Below are positions 41,974 through 49,505 of a DNA stretch of 49,505 nt, one piece after another (position 1 is the first letter of the stretch; every line of letters begins with the position of its first letter). The notes beneath the pieces are model-generated. The model worked only from the letters and a program-made list of their open reading frames with translations. It searched no databases and was not told the origin of the DNA. Origin of the DNA: Candidatus Fermentibacteraceae bacterium. Lineage in GTDB: Bacteria; Fermentibacterota; Fermentibacteria; Fermentibacterales; JCC-6. The DNA lies in the NCBI GenBank assembly GCA_030592635.1, contig JAUVIS010000002.1, positions 1 to 49,505 on the forward strand, in the 5' to 3' direction. Both the position numbers and the translations under genes were made by a program.

Positions 41974-42448
41974 CGGTAAGCACTGAAACCTCTTCATCCG
42001 AGAAGACCAGATATGAACCTTCAGGCACATCGGAGATGTTCAGAGGAAGAAAACCCTGTTCATCAGCGTTTCCCAGGAAAATCACCCTGCCGGCCCGATC
42101 TATAACCCTTACCTCGGAGTATGAAGAAACACCTCCGACAGTAACACTGCCGCCGGCAGCGGGATTCCGGGAGAAGGAAAGGCCGCGGGTACAGGCAGGG
42201 GTTTCCTCTTCCTCAATGCCCGTGTACCAGTCTTTGTAGATAGCGCCCTGCGGGCAGTAATACACGCAGTTTCCGCATCCGTTGCAGATTTCGGGATCTA
42301 TCCAGGCATTTCCGCCTGCCATGCTGATGGCACCCCGGGGGCAGTGGGAAAGACAGTTTCCACAGCCGTTGCAGAGTTCCGGGTCAACCACATACACCCA
42401 TTTCAGGGGTGCAAGTATAAGAAACAGAATTGTGAGAATTTTAAACAT
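41966..42448 (-). CDS. 2x[4Fe-4S] ferredoxin-domain protein with N-terminal hydrophobic signal/anchor and T9SS-type C-terminal domain
   Basis: The two cluster motifs are CNGCGNCLSHCP and CNGCGNCVYYCP. The N-terminus is MFKILTILFLILAPL. The C-terminal ~70 aa (RNPAAGGSVTV...EVRVIDRAGRVIF...PEGSYLVF...VLTVI) fit the Por-secretion-tail pattern. Confidence 0.7.
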   Translation of the reverse strand: MFKILTILFLILAPLKWVYVVDPELCNGCGNCLSHCPRGAISMAGGNAWIDPEICNGCGNCVYYCPQGAIYKDWYTGIEEEETPACTRGLSFSRNPAAGGSVTVGGVSSYSEVRVIDRAGRVIFLGNADEQGFLPLNISDVPEGSYLVFSDEEVSVLTVI

Positions 42449-42923
42449 GATTTCCTCCCGTCAGTCTTCTTCTCTGTATTTCCCATGCGATCATTGCGGC
42501 AGTGCTTGATACATTGATACAACCGCGCCGGCCTGACTGGGGAATAATTATCTTTAATTGACACATTTCAAGTACTTCATCAGAAATTCCATCCGCTTCA
42601 TTTCCCAGAACAAACGCGGCGTCAAGCGGAAAGTCAGCCAGATGCAGGGGCACAGCATCGAGAGTGTTCTCCACTGCGATGATCATCCTGCCGCACTGAG
42701 CGTGTTGAACAGCCTCAGTGGCTGAGGGAAACCACCTCCAGGGTACAAGTCCGTGAGTACCTCTTGAAGTTCTGCCCACCTTCCTGCCGCCGGGGCGTGC
42801 GGAAATTCCTGTAAGAATTACACCTGACGGGGCAATGGATTCCGCAGTGCGAAAAACAGAGCCCACATTAAAGGCACTTCTCAGGGAATCAAGAACAAAC
42901 AGAGGGAACCTCTCAGTGAACAT
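42441..42923 (-). CDS. SpoU/TrmH family RNA 2'-O-methyltransferase
   Basis: NVGSVFRTAESI, FVLGNEADGISDEVL and IIIPQSGRRGCINVSSTAAMIAWEI are the SPOUT motifs 1-3. I prefer the ATG at 42923 (MFTERF). The maximal ORF reaches 42986. Confidence 0.8.
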   Translation of the reverse strand: MFTERFPLFVLDSLRSAFNVGSVFRTAESIAPSGVILTGISARPGGRKVGRTSRGTHGLVPWRWFPSATEAVQHAQCGRMIIAVENTLDAVPLHLADFPLDAAFVLGNEADGISDEVLEMCQLKIIIPQSGRRGCINVSSTAAMIAWEIQRRRLTGGNHV

Positions 42924-42979
42924 GGTTCCAATTCTATTCACATCAGCATACCCGGTCAATAAGCACAGGGAACACAGTA

Positions 42980-43008
42980 TTGACAAATGAAACGACTGTG
43001 CTTAGATA
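42980..43008 (+). promoter_or_regulatory. Candidate sigma70-type promoter for the 43029 gene pair
   Basis: TTGACA (42980-42985), a 17-nt spacer, then TAGATA (43003-43008). It is followed by RBS AAGGAG (43015-43020) and the ATG at 43029. Confidence 0.3.
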
Positions 43009-43028
43009 AAACACAAGGAGACTGGAAA

Positions 43029-43487
43029 ATGACATTACTGCTGATGATCATTGCGCTGTACGGCCCTTCTCTGGAACTTCCCGGGGAAGAGGTCGGGTAT
43101 TCCTTTCAACTTGAGGACAGCTCTGCGGTATCCTTTCTTACCGGCCCGCACAACGAATACATCATCTTTCGTTTCGGTTTCCCTGACAGTATCTACCTCG
43201 AATTTCCGGAAGAAGCCTCATCTGACTCCTGGGGTTGTTTCCTGATCGACAGCTACAGCAGACACGGGGGAGAACAGAACGACGGGATGTCTGTCAATAC
43301 AATATCATTCGCTGTAAATGATTCTCATATTGAAGTCTACGATGACTACTACTCTGTTGGGCCGGAGTACACTACGGGAATTAGAATAACAGAGGAAAAC
43401 AGTGTAATCTTTCAGAAACAGGGTGTATTCGCTTCAAGAACCGGAAGTCTTGTTCTGTTCCTGAACATCTTTCAAAGTCTGGAGTAA
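43029..43487 (+). CDS. Hypothetical exported protein
   Basis: The ATG at 43029 lies 8 nt after AAGGAG. The N-terminus is hydrophobic (MTLLLMIIALYGPS). I recognised no family. Confidence 0.5.
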   Translation: MTLLLMIIALYGPSLELPGEEVGYSFQLEDSSAVSFLTGPHNEYIIFRFGFPDSIYLEFPEEASSDSWGCFLIDSYSRHGGEQNDGMSVNTISFAVNDSHIEVYDDYYSVGPEYTTGIRITEENSVIFQKQGVFASRTGSLVLFLNIFQSLE

Positions 43488-43492
43488 CCGGC

Positions 43493-43924
43493 ATGAATAA
43501 AGTTGTTGTCCATACTGTCCGGGGTGAGGTTCTCAAGGGATACACAGCAGATTTTTCGCGAAAAAAACCTTCCTTTCTGCTTTCCAGTGAAGACGGAGCC
43601 ATCAGAACTAATCAGAACATCGAGATAAAGAATCTGAAAGCCATTTTCTTTGTAAAAACATTTGAAGGAGATTTCCTGCACAAGACCATGCATTACTTCA
43701 AGGGCGATACTTCCTACGGGAAAAAAGTACTCGTGACCTTCAAGGATGGAGAAAAGTTCTACGGCAGGGTAGAGGCAATGCATTCAGACCCGGAGCACAC
43801 CGGTTTCTTTATCTTTCCTCTTGATCCGAGTTCGAATACGATAAGGGCGTTTGTGGTCAACAGTTATGTAGACACTATTCAGACTATGGATTTAGAAGCG
43901 GATTCAACACTTTCGGATGATTAA
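43493..43924 (+). CDS. Hypothetical small beta-rich protein with apparent internal duplication
   Basis: 143-aa ORF, 5 nt after the preceding gene. The two halves share a V-x-V...GE...G...F-hydrophobic pattern. Confidence 0.55.
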   Translation: MNKVVVHTVRGEVLKGYTADFSRKKPSFLLSSEDGAIRTNQNIEIKNLKAIFFVKTFEGDFLHKTMHYFKGDTSYGKKVLVTFKDGEKFYGRVEAMHSDPEHTGFFIFPLDPSSNTIRAFVVNSYVDTIQTMDLEADSTLSDD

Positions 43925-43981
43925 CCGGCTCACCGTTCAACCCGGCTGCGCCGGAAGTGTAACTTAGCTATCCTTAACCAC

Positions 43982-44009
43982 TTGACCTTACGCAAATGTA
44001 TCGTATAAT
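43982..44009 (+). promoter_or_regulatory. Near-consensus sigma70-type promoter
   Basis: TTGACC (43982-43987), a 16-nt spacer, then TATAAT (44004-44009), in the 355-bp gap upstream of the small ORF at 44061 and comEC. Confidence 0.5.
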
Positions 44010-44060
44010 GAAATACAGACAGTATGTGAGCGGATGCGTGTTTGACACATCTTCAGGTTT

Positions 44061-44225
44061 ATGGAAAGAGCTATGCTCTGGCTCTGCACGGACACCCGAG
44101 GTAGACTGCAGGAAGATATTGACGGCATAAAGATTGATTTCATTGATATGGAAAATCTTGTTAAGAATAAATTAGCTACAGGCCGATTGCAGGATTTAGC
44201 TGATGTCGAGAAGCTCAGGCAGTAA
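44061..44225 (+). pseudogene. 54-aa ORF resembling only the C-terminal tail of a nucleotidyltransferase-fold (MNT/DUF6036-like) protein; probable remnant
   Basis: I translated this by hand; it is below the track cutoff. The sequence is MERAMLWLCTDTRGRLQEDIDGIKIDFIDMENLVKNKLATGRLQDLADVEKLRQ. The tail pattern (hydrophobic-x-K-x-x-x-GR-x-x-D-L-x-D) is typical of the C-terminus of such proteins. Confidence 0.25.
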
Positions 44226-44279
44226 GCCGGCTTTTACAATCCACTTGGGAAACTGTCTGTTTCAGCGGTTACTCCCTGT

Positions 44280-45428
44280 ATGGAACTTTCAAACCGGATT
44301 ATCGCGGTTCTCTTTCTTGCGCTGTCTGCTCTTCTGGTTGCAGGGGGAGACAGTGAGAGCCCTGAGGGGGCATCCCACAGAGTCTGGCGGGGTGAGCTTA
44401 CTACGGTTACCGCAAAGGGGGGGATGCTGTCGACTGAAGACGGTAATTTCTGGATTTCAGACAAATCCCTTGCGGAGTTATCCCTGAAAGGTGACTCTGT
44501 CATGGTAATCGGTCACAGAAGAGGAATGTTTATTTCTCCTTTCAGCATAAGACTGAAGCTTTCAAAATCAGTTTTTTCATCTCTGCGAAGACAATACCGG
44601 AACAGACTTGTTGAAACAATTCCTGATCCTGTATCCAGAGGGCTTACCGGAGGGCTTCTTATGGGTCTCCGGGGGCTTATTCCACCAAGCACGGCACAGG
44701 CCTTCAAGCAGTCCGGCACATCACATCTGCTGGCTCTCTCCGGGCTTCACACCGGGATTGTCGCGTTAGTACTTCTTTTCCTCTCAAGGCTGATTATGGG
44801 CAGGGGAATACTCTCCGGCTGGCTGGCGGTTATCGGAATAATTCTCTTTGTTGCCCTCTCCGGCGGCAGGGCATCAACTGTGAGGGCGGGGATTATGGCA
44901 TCTTTCGCAGTCCTCTGGATGAGCCACAGAGGGGGGAAGCTGCATCTGCTCACGGTGTGGTGGGCTGCTCTGCTGCTGTCCCTGATCTTTCTCCCCGGAA
45001 CCCTTGAAGACAGAGGGGCTCAGATGTCGTATGGCGCGGTTCTTTCGCTTATCATCTTTGGTCGAAATGTGAGGAGCAGACACTCCGCGATTCTTTCTCC
45101 ACTGTACGCGGGAGTTGTGGTAACAATCTCCCTCGCGCCGCTGATGGTTTCTGTTTACGGCGGATTTTCATGGCTGGGTCCCACGGCAACTGTTGTTTCT
45201 CTGCCCTTTATGCTGGCAGTGATGGCACTTGGGCTGCTCTCGTCTCTGGGAATTAATCTGACTTTTCTGCTTGAAATTATCTCAAGTATATGGGTGAATA
45301 TTCTGGAAGCACTCGGTCATTCTCCCGTTTGTTTCACGGGGTTTATTCTGTATCCTTTGTGGGGTATTCTTCTGCTGGGATTAAGGGTGTTTTCCGGATG
45401 GAACGGGTTTAATCGAAGATTCAGATAG
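44280..45428 (+). CDS. comEC: ComEC/Rec2 family protein, short form (N-terminal OB-like region plus Competence channel domain, no metallo-beta-lactamase domain)
   Basis: The conserved block is FKQSGTSHLLALSGLHTGIV, followed by multiple TM helices. The protein ends at 382 aa. Confidence 0.8.
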   Translation: MELSNRIIAVLFLALSALLVAGGDSESPEGASHRVWRGELTTVTAKGGMLSTEDGNFWISDKSLAELSLKGDSVMVIGHRRGMFISPFSIRLKLSKSVFSSLRRQYRNRLVETIPDPVSRGLTGGLLMGLRGLIPPSTAQAFKQSGTSHLLALSGLHTGIVALVLLFLSRLIMGRGILSGWLAVIGIILFVALSGGRASTVRAGIMASFAVLWMSHRGGKLHLLTVWWAALLLSLIFLPGTLEDRGAQMSYGAVLSLIIFGRNVRSRHSAILSPLYAGVVVTISLAPLMVSVYGGFSWLGPTATVVSLPFMLAVMALGLLSSLGINLTFLLEIISSIWVNILEALGHSPVCFTGFILYPLWGILLLGLRVFSGWNGFNRRFR

Positions 45429-46293
45429 TTGTGGTGTCAGCAGGAATGCTGTCAATTTCCAGCGCAAGTGAATCATCTGCCATTTCTACCGGGGGTTCAA
45501 CTGTCAGCACAGAGTCAACTGCCAGTGTATCCGGGGTTATAATGACTTCCAGTGAATCTTCTTCCGGCTCTTCCTCAATTTCCGCGATTTCTTCGATTGC
45601 CGGTTCCGGGATAGAAGCGGCCTCATCGCTGAGGAACCTGATGAAGATAGATCCGGTGTTATCCAGGGCTCCTTCAAGGTTATCCAGACCCACTGCCTCG
45701 AATTCCGCGCCAAGTGGGAGATCAATACTCATTGTGTCGCCGGGGAAGAGAGGCCATGCGTCCCTGACATTGCCGGGGAAATGCCCGATAAGAATTGTAA
45801 GACCATCATAGTTTGTCAAATTGTCGTCTTCAACGATAATGGTGTAACTGCCCGCTGGAAGAGAGAGAGACCGTGACCGCTCAAGAATAGCAAGGTGATA
45901 GGCGCTGGAGACTGTTATGGTAGGTGTTACTTCAAGAATTACAGGAAGAAATCTTACGCTGTCAGTTCCCGATGGAGTGACCACCACCACTGTGACACTG
46001 TCCAGGTATCCCGGAGAAGCCTGCCATGTAACACTTCTGCCATAACCTTCAGAGGAGTTGGTACCTGTAAACCGTCCTGAACTGCATGTCCACACAGCCT
46101 GAGCACCGTCGGGCAGAATTGTGGAAAGATAAGCCGTTCCATCGCCGGAAGGATCAATAGACGCGAGAATCTGCACAGGATCGTTCAACTGCCCGAGGCT
46201 TTCCCTGACCAGATAGGTCAGAAGAAGAGCTACGGGAAGCAGCATCGGCAGTACCACCGGGAGCAGCTGTTTGATTTTTCCTTTTCTTGCCAT
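45421..46293 (-). CDS. Hypothetical signal-anchored protein with beta-rich ectodomain and acidic D/S/T-rich C-terminal tail
   Basis: I chose the ATG at 46293 (MARKGKIKQLLPVVLPMLLPVALLL), which is divergent from the M42 gene. The track ORF extends to 46527, across that gene's start. Confidence 0.55.
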   Translation of the reverse strand: MARKGKIKQLLPVVLPMLLPVALLLTYLVRESLGQLNDPVQILASIDPSGDGTAYLSTILPDGAQAVWTCSSGRFTGTNSSEGYGRSVTWQASPGYLDSVTVVVVTPSGTDSVRFLPVILEVTPTITVSSAYHLAILERSRSLSLPAGSYTIIVEDDNLTNYDGLTILIGHFPGNVRDAWPLFPGDTMSIDLPLGAEFEAVGLDNLEGALDNTGSIFIRFLSDEAASIPEPAIEEIAEIEEEPEEDSLEVIITPDTLAVDSVLTVEPPVEMADDSLALEIDSIPADTTTI

Positions 46294-46335
46294 AGTATCG
46301 ATGAATATAATTGGTGAAACGGTAGAAGGGAAAAT

Positions 46336-47358
46336 ATGCAGAATACAATGGAATTTCTTATGCAGCTTCTCCGGACAAGAAGTGTCACAGGAAACACGGA
46401 GCTTGCTGCTGAAATTGTCAGAACAAAACTGGATTCTCTCGGTCTTGATGTCAGAGTGACCAACAAAGGCTCTGTGATCGCGACAATGGAGGGAACCACA
46501 GATGATTCCGCGGTAATCAGTGCTCATATTGACACGCTGGGAGCTGTTGTGTCCCGGATCAAATCAGATGGCACCCTGACATATCAGTGCGTGGGCGGCT
46601 TTACCGCAAACAGTATTGAAGGCGAGTACTGCCAGGTGGAAACATTCGCCGGCAGACTGATTCCGGGAACAATTCTTTTTTCTAAAACCTCGGTACATGC
46701 CCACGGCAGAGAAAAATGCAGCGTAAAAAGAACCCATGCTGAAATGTACATCAGGCTTGATGATGCGGCAGACTCTTCTGACGCTGTGAAAGAGCTGGGC
46801 ATCAGCGTGGGAAACTACATACACTTTGACCCCCGGATCCGGCACTTAGGCAGCGGGTATATCAAAAGCAGGCACATCGATGACAAGGCCGGAGTGGCTG
46901 TTCTGGTTGCCATAGCCGAAGGCCTTGTGAAACAGAAGGTAAAACCACAGAGGAATATCCACTTTCTTTTTACAGTTCACGAAGAGGTTGGTCATGGTGC
47001 CGCCGGATGGCTCCCCGAGAATGTTTCAGACTTTCTAGCTGTGGATATGGGGGTTTGCGGAGAGGATCAGTCTTCAGATGAGAAAAAGGTAACTGTATGC
47101 GCTGCAGACAGCTCTGGGCCATACAACTATGAACTGACGAAGCACCTTATCAATCTTGCTGAGATGAACAACATTCCTTACGCAGTGGATACATTTCCGT
47201 TTTATGGCTCTGATGCAGGAGCAGCTATGAGGATGGGGCTCGATGCAAGACATGCGCTGGTGGGCCCGGGAGTAGACTCCTCACACGCCATTGAGAGAAC
47301 GCACGAGGAAGGAATAAAGGCCACAATTGATCTTGTGACAATTTTCGCTATGGAGTAA
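46336..47358 (+). CDS. M42 family metallopeptidase (glutamyl aminopeptidase / FrvX-CelM-like)
   Basis: ISAHIDTLGAVV, SRHIDDKAGVAVL, FTVHEEVGHGAA and the C-terminal SSHAIERTH match the M42 metal-ligand blocks. Confidence 0.85.
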   Translation: MQNTMEFLMQLLRTRSVTGNTELAAEIVRTKLDSLGLDVRVTNKGSVIATMEGTTDDSAVISAHIDTLGAVVSRIKSDGTLTYQCVGGFTANSIEGEYCQVETFAGRLIPGTILFSKTSVHAHGREKCSVKRTHAEMYIRLDDAADSSDAVKELGISVGNYIHFDPRIRHLGSGYIKSRHIDDKAGVAVLVAIAEGLVKQKVKPQRNIHFLFTVHEEVGHGAAGWLPENVSDFLAVDMGVCGEDQSSDEKKVTVCAADSSGPYNYELTKHLINLAEMNNIPYAVDTFPFYGSDAGAAMRMGLDARHALVGPGVDSSHAIERTHEEGIKATIDLVTIFAME

Positions 47359-47893
47359 GAATGATGTCAAGGGCGGAGACCAGCGAACCGGTAACATGAT
47401 CCGGCATAACCAGGTTCTCCGCCTTTATGATTTCCAGTTGATCTCTTCCTCTGCCGGACAGAACAAGAATGGTTGTGAGTCCGGATCTTCTGCCGAGTTC
47501 CATATCGCTGTCAGCGTCTCCAACCATCCAGCCACCGGCGGGAAGCCCCAGGTCAGAAACAGCTTGTTTTACCATGCCGGTTTCAGGCTTCCTGCAGGTG
47601 CATCCGTCCTGTGGATGGTGAGGGCAGAAGAGAACATGAACCGAATCAACTCCAGCGGCTTTCAAGGCGCTGCGCATCACGCGGTGAATCTGCTCGACTG
47701 CTTCTGCCGTGTAGTAACCTCTTGCGATTCCTGACTGGTTGGTTACCACAACAAGGGGATGTCCTGCTCTGTGAAGTTCAGCCATTGCTGAAATGGCTCC
47801 GGGAATCGGCATCCATTCGGCGGGGGTTTTCACATAGTCCGCTCTGTTGGTGTTGATTACTCCATCCCGGTCGAGAAAGACAGGCAGCTTCAT
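47348..47893 (-). CDS. gmhB: D-glycero-D-manno-heptose 1,7-bisphosphate phosphatase (HAD-IIIA)
   Basis: FLDRDGVIN, VVTNQSGIARGYY, the zinc-loop CPHHPQDGCTCRKP and MVGDADSDMELG are present. Confidence 0.85.
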   Translation of the reverse strand: MKLPVFLDRDGVINTNRADYVKTPAEWMPIPGAISAMAELHRAGHPLVVVTNQSGIARGYYTAEAVEQIHRVMRSALKAAGVDSVHVLFCPHHPQDGCTCRKPETGMVKQAVSDLGLPAGGWMVGDADSDMELGRRSGLTTILVLSGRGRDQLEIIKAENLVMPDHVTGSLVSALDIILTP

Positions 47894-48828
47894 TTTTGGA
47901 TTTTGTTTCTGTGGTATTCCACCAGATCTTCAAGCCCGTCCTCGAAGGGTATCTCAGCCTTCCAGTTGAGGATTGAATTCGCTTTGGCGGGATCCAGGGC
48001 TACCTTCAGAATTTCCTCGGCAAGGGCCGGGCCGTAAGATGGTTCAAGAGCGGTTCCAACATATCCCCGTATGATTCTGTCCAGATCTTCCACAGAGCTT
48101 CCAATGCCCCAGCCTATGTTGAATATTTCTCCTTCAATATCTGACCTGCTCAGATCCATGGCCGCCATATTGGCTCTGGCGATGTCTCTGACATGGACAT
48201 AATCACGGAGCTGCTGGCCGTCACCGTTGATGACTGGAGCGTCTCCATTCAGGTATTTCACCGTAAATATGGCGGTAACCCCGGCTTCTCCAAACGGATT
48301 CTGCCGCGGGCCGTAAACATTGGGGTACCGCAGAACCACATAGCCAAGATTGTAAAGGTATCTGTAGAGGTAAAGGTAGTGCTCTACCGTATGCTTGCTG
48401 ATACCATAGTGGCAGATAGGGTTGATCGGGTGATCTTCTCTTACGGGAATGTACTGAGGTTCGCCGTAGACGGCTCCGCCGGTTGAGGCGTAAATAACCC
48501 TCTTCACACCGCCTCTTACGGCGGCCTCAAGAATATTGAGAGTACCCTTTATGTTCACATCAGCATCAAACTGAGGCTCCCGGACGGATCTGCGGACATC
48601 CATCTGAGCGGCATGGTGACAGAGAATATCAAAGCCTCCACTCTCAATCAGTTCCGCCGCTTCCGGTGTTCTGATATCAAGTTCGTGCAAAGTGATGCCC
48701 GTGCTGACATTCTCTTTGAACCCCGTGGAAAGGTCATCCAGCACATGCACAGAGTGCCCGGCTTCATTAAGAGCATCTGCTATGTTGGATCCAATAAAAC
48801 CTGCTCCGCCCGTGATCAGGATCTTCAA
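47890..48828 (-). CDS. NAD-dependent epimerase/dehydratase (GalE-like extended SDR)
   Basis: The Rossmann motif is MKILITGGAGFIGSN. DDLSTG and the catalytic Y-x3-K (YGISKHT) are present. There is a 4-nt overlap with gmhB. Confidence 0.88.
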   Translation of the reverse strand: MKILITGGAGFIGSNIADALNEAGHSVHVLDDLSTGFKENVSTGITLHELDIRTPEAAELIESGGFDILCHHAAQMDVRRSVREPQFDADVNIKGTLNILEAAVRGGVKRVIYASTGGAVYGEPQYIPVREDHPINPICHYGISKHTVEHYLYLYRYLYNLGYVVLRYPNVYGPRQNPFGEAGVTAIFTVKYLNGDAPVINGDGQQLRDYVHVRDIARANMAAMDLSRSDIEGEIFNIGWGIGSSVEDLDRIIRGYVGTALEPSYGPALAEEILKVALDPAKANSILNWKAEIPFEDGLEDLVEYHRNKIQK

Positions 48829-48887
48829 TTATCAACCTCCGTGATTGGTTCTTACAAACAGGACAGTGTTCAGCAATATACCAAAGA

Positions 48888-48917
48888 TAGACCTTTCATG
48901 TTCCACTCTTTTATAAT
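48888..48917 (+). promoter_or_regulatory. Candidate sigma70-type promoter for ddl
   Basis: TAGACC (48888-48893), an 18-nt spacer, then TATAAT (48912-48917). It is followed by RBS GAAGGAGG and the ATG at 48947. Confidence 0.3.
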
Positions 48918-48946
48918 CACTGCTACCGGTAAAGAAGGAGGTTCCC

Positions 48947-49505
48947 ATGAGAGTTCTGGTTCTGTCGGGTGGAAGGTCCGCCGAGAGGGAGATAAGTCTT
49001 CTGTCGGCGAAGTGGGTATCCTGCGAGCTTGAAGCCGCTGGTCATGAGGTTGCGGAAGTAATAATAGAGCAGGATGGATGCTGGACGCTCAAGGATTCAC
49101 TTGAAAGACTGTCTCTGGAAACCGGGCCTGTACCATGGAAACTGTACTCGGGGAAAAAGACAATCCTCTTTGATGTGATTTTTCCCGTGCTTCACGGTTC
49201 TTACGGAGAAGATGGTACTGTTCAGGGGCTCTGTGCCACCGCGGGGTGGCCATGCGCGGGAGCGCCTGTGATGGGATCAGCCGCAGCTATGGAAAAGCAT
49301 ACCCTGAAAAAGCTTGCTTCCCATGCTTCTATTCCTGTGGTACCCTGGGTGTTTCTGGACGAAAGCCGGAGTGCTTCTGCTGATTCTCTGAAAGAAGAAA
49401 TCGCCTCCCTGGGATTTCCACTGTTCGTGAAACCTTCAAGGCTGGGCTCAAGTGTGGGTATCTCAAAAGCGAATAACGCGGAAGAACTTATGCAAGCCAT
49501 TAGAA
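48947..49505 (+). CDS. ddl: D-alanine--D-alanine ligase (5' partial, runs off the window)
   Basis: I translated this by hand; it is open-ended and so absent from the track. The blocks are MRVLVLSGGRSAEREISL, FPVLHGSYGEDGTVQGL, MEKHTLKKL and GFPLFVKPSRLGSSVGISKA. RBS GAAGGAGG lies 6 nt upstream. Confidence 0.9.
   Translation, partial: MRVLVLSGGRSAEREISLLSAKWVSCELEAAGHEVAEVIIEQDGCWTLKDSLERLSLETGPVPWKLYSGKKTILFDVIFPVLHGSYGEDGTVQGLCATAGWPCAGAPVMGSAAAMEKHTLKKLASHASIPVVPWVFLDESRSASADSLKEEIASLGFPLFVKPSRLGSSVGISKANNAEELMQAIR

Noticed and set aside
43942-43954. CCGGC-TGC-GCCGG hairpin after the 43493 gene as an intrinsic terminator
   Set aside because: The stem is only 5 bp and no T-tract follows, so it is too weak to call.
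49222-49500. 92-aa minus-strand ORF at the window end
   Set aside because: It is antisense to the clearly recognisable partial ddl gene.
1-49505. Mobile elements, prophage, CRISPR arrays and rRNA
   Set aside because: I saw no transposase or phage-type integrase genes. The only tyrosine recombinase sits in the conserved topA-xerC-hslVU context. I also saw no spaced direct repeats and no rRNA-like sequence. The tRNA is not flanked by an integrase or direct repeats.

Overview
This is a gene-dense 49.5-kb bacterial chromosomal segment with about 50 CDS and one tRNA-Gly(CCC). I found no rRNA, CRISPR array, transposase or integrase-flanked element. All family calls come from motif recognition by eye, with no database search. 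LpxL-like, GmhB and GT9-like genes suggest a diderm with LPS. A T9SS-type C-terminal domain, HprK, MglA paralogs and a DUF2723 protein suggest an FCB-like or candidate-phylum bacterium. That taxonomic reading is inference only.

Layout:
- 1-2.6 kb: a visibly A+T-rich islet with a ParE/antitoxin pair, a GNAT gene and a GNAT fragment.
- 2.6-7.4 kb, minus strand: a tightly coupled GatE-like, hybrid sensor kinase and queF operon.
- 7.5-37 kb: an almost uninterrupted plus-strand array. It runs hpf-hprK-ptsH-ptsI, then a nucleotidyltransferase plus two GT4 genes, a Gx-transporter-family protein, a DUF4321-like protein, tatA, and mglA-like 1 with a novel membrane protein. It continues with topA-xerC-DUF2723-hslVU, mglA-like 2 with a polytopic membrane protein, dapF and the tRNA. 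It ends with a CDP-glycerol (tagD plus four tagF-like genes) polyol-phosphate glycopolymer locus.
- 37-49.5 kb: lpxL-like, polA, an AP-superfamily lipoprotein, an exported ferredoxin, a SpoU methyltransferase, a short comEC, an M42 peptidase, gmhB, an SDR epimerase and a partial ddl.

Most interesting candidates:
- Two MglA-type GTPases, each translationally coupled to a membrane protein. One partner carries a ribosomal L7/L12-CTD-like domain and a 4xCxxC zinc module.
- An archaeal-type GatE homolog with no gatD in the window.
- A teichoic-acid-like locus in a probable diderm.
- Clusters of the D-(S/T)-(A/I/L/M/T/V) O-glycosylation sequon, with giant GT-C-like proteins encoded in the same window.
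- A Sec/T9SS-tagged 2x[4Fe-4S] protein.
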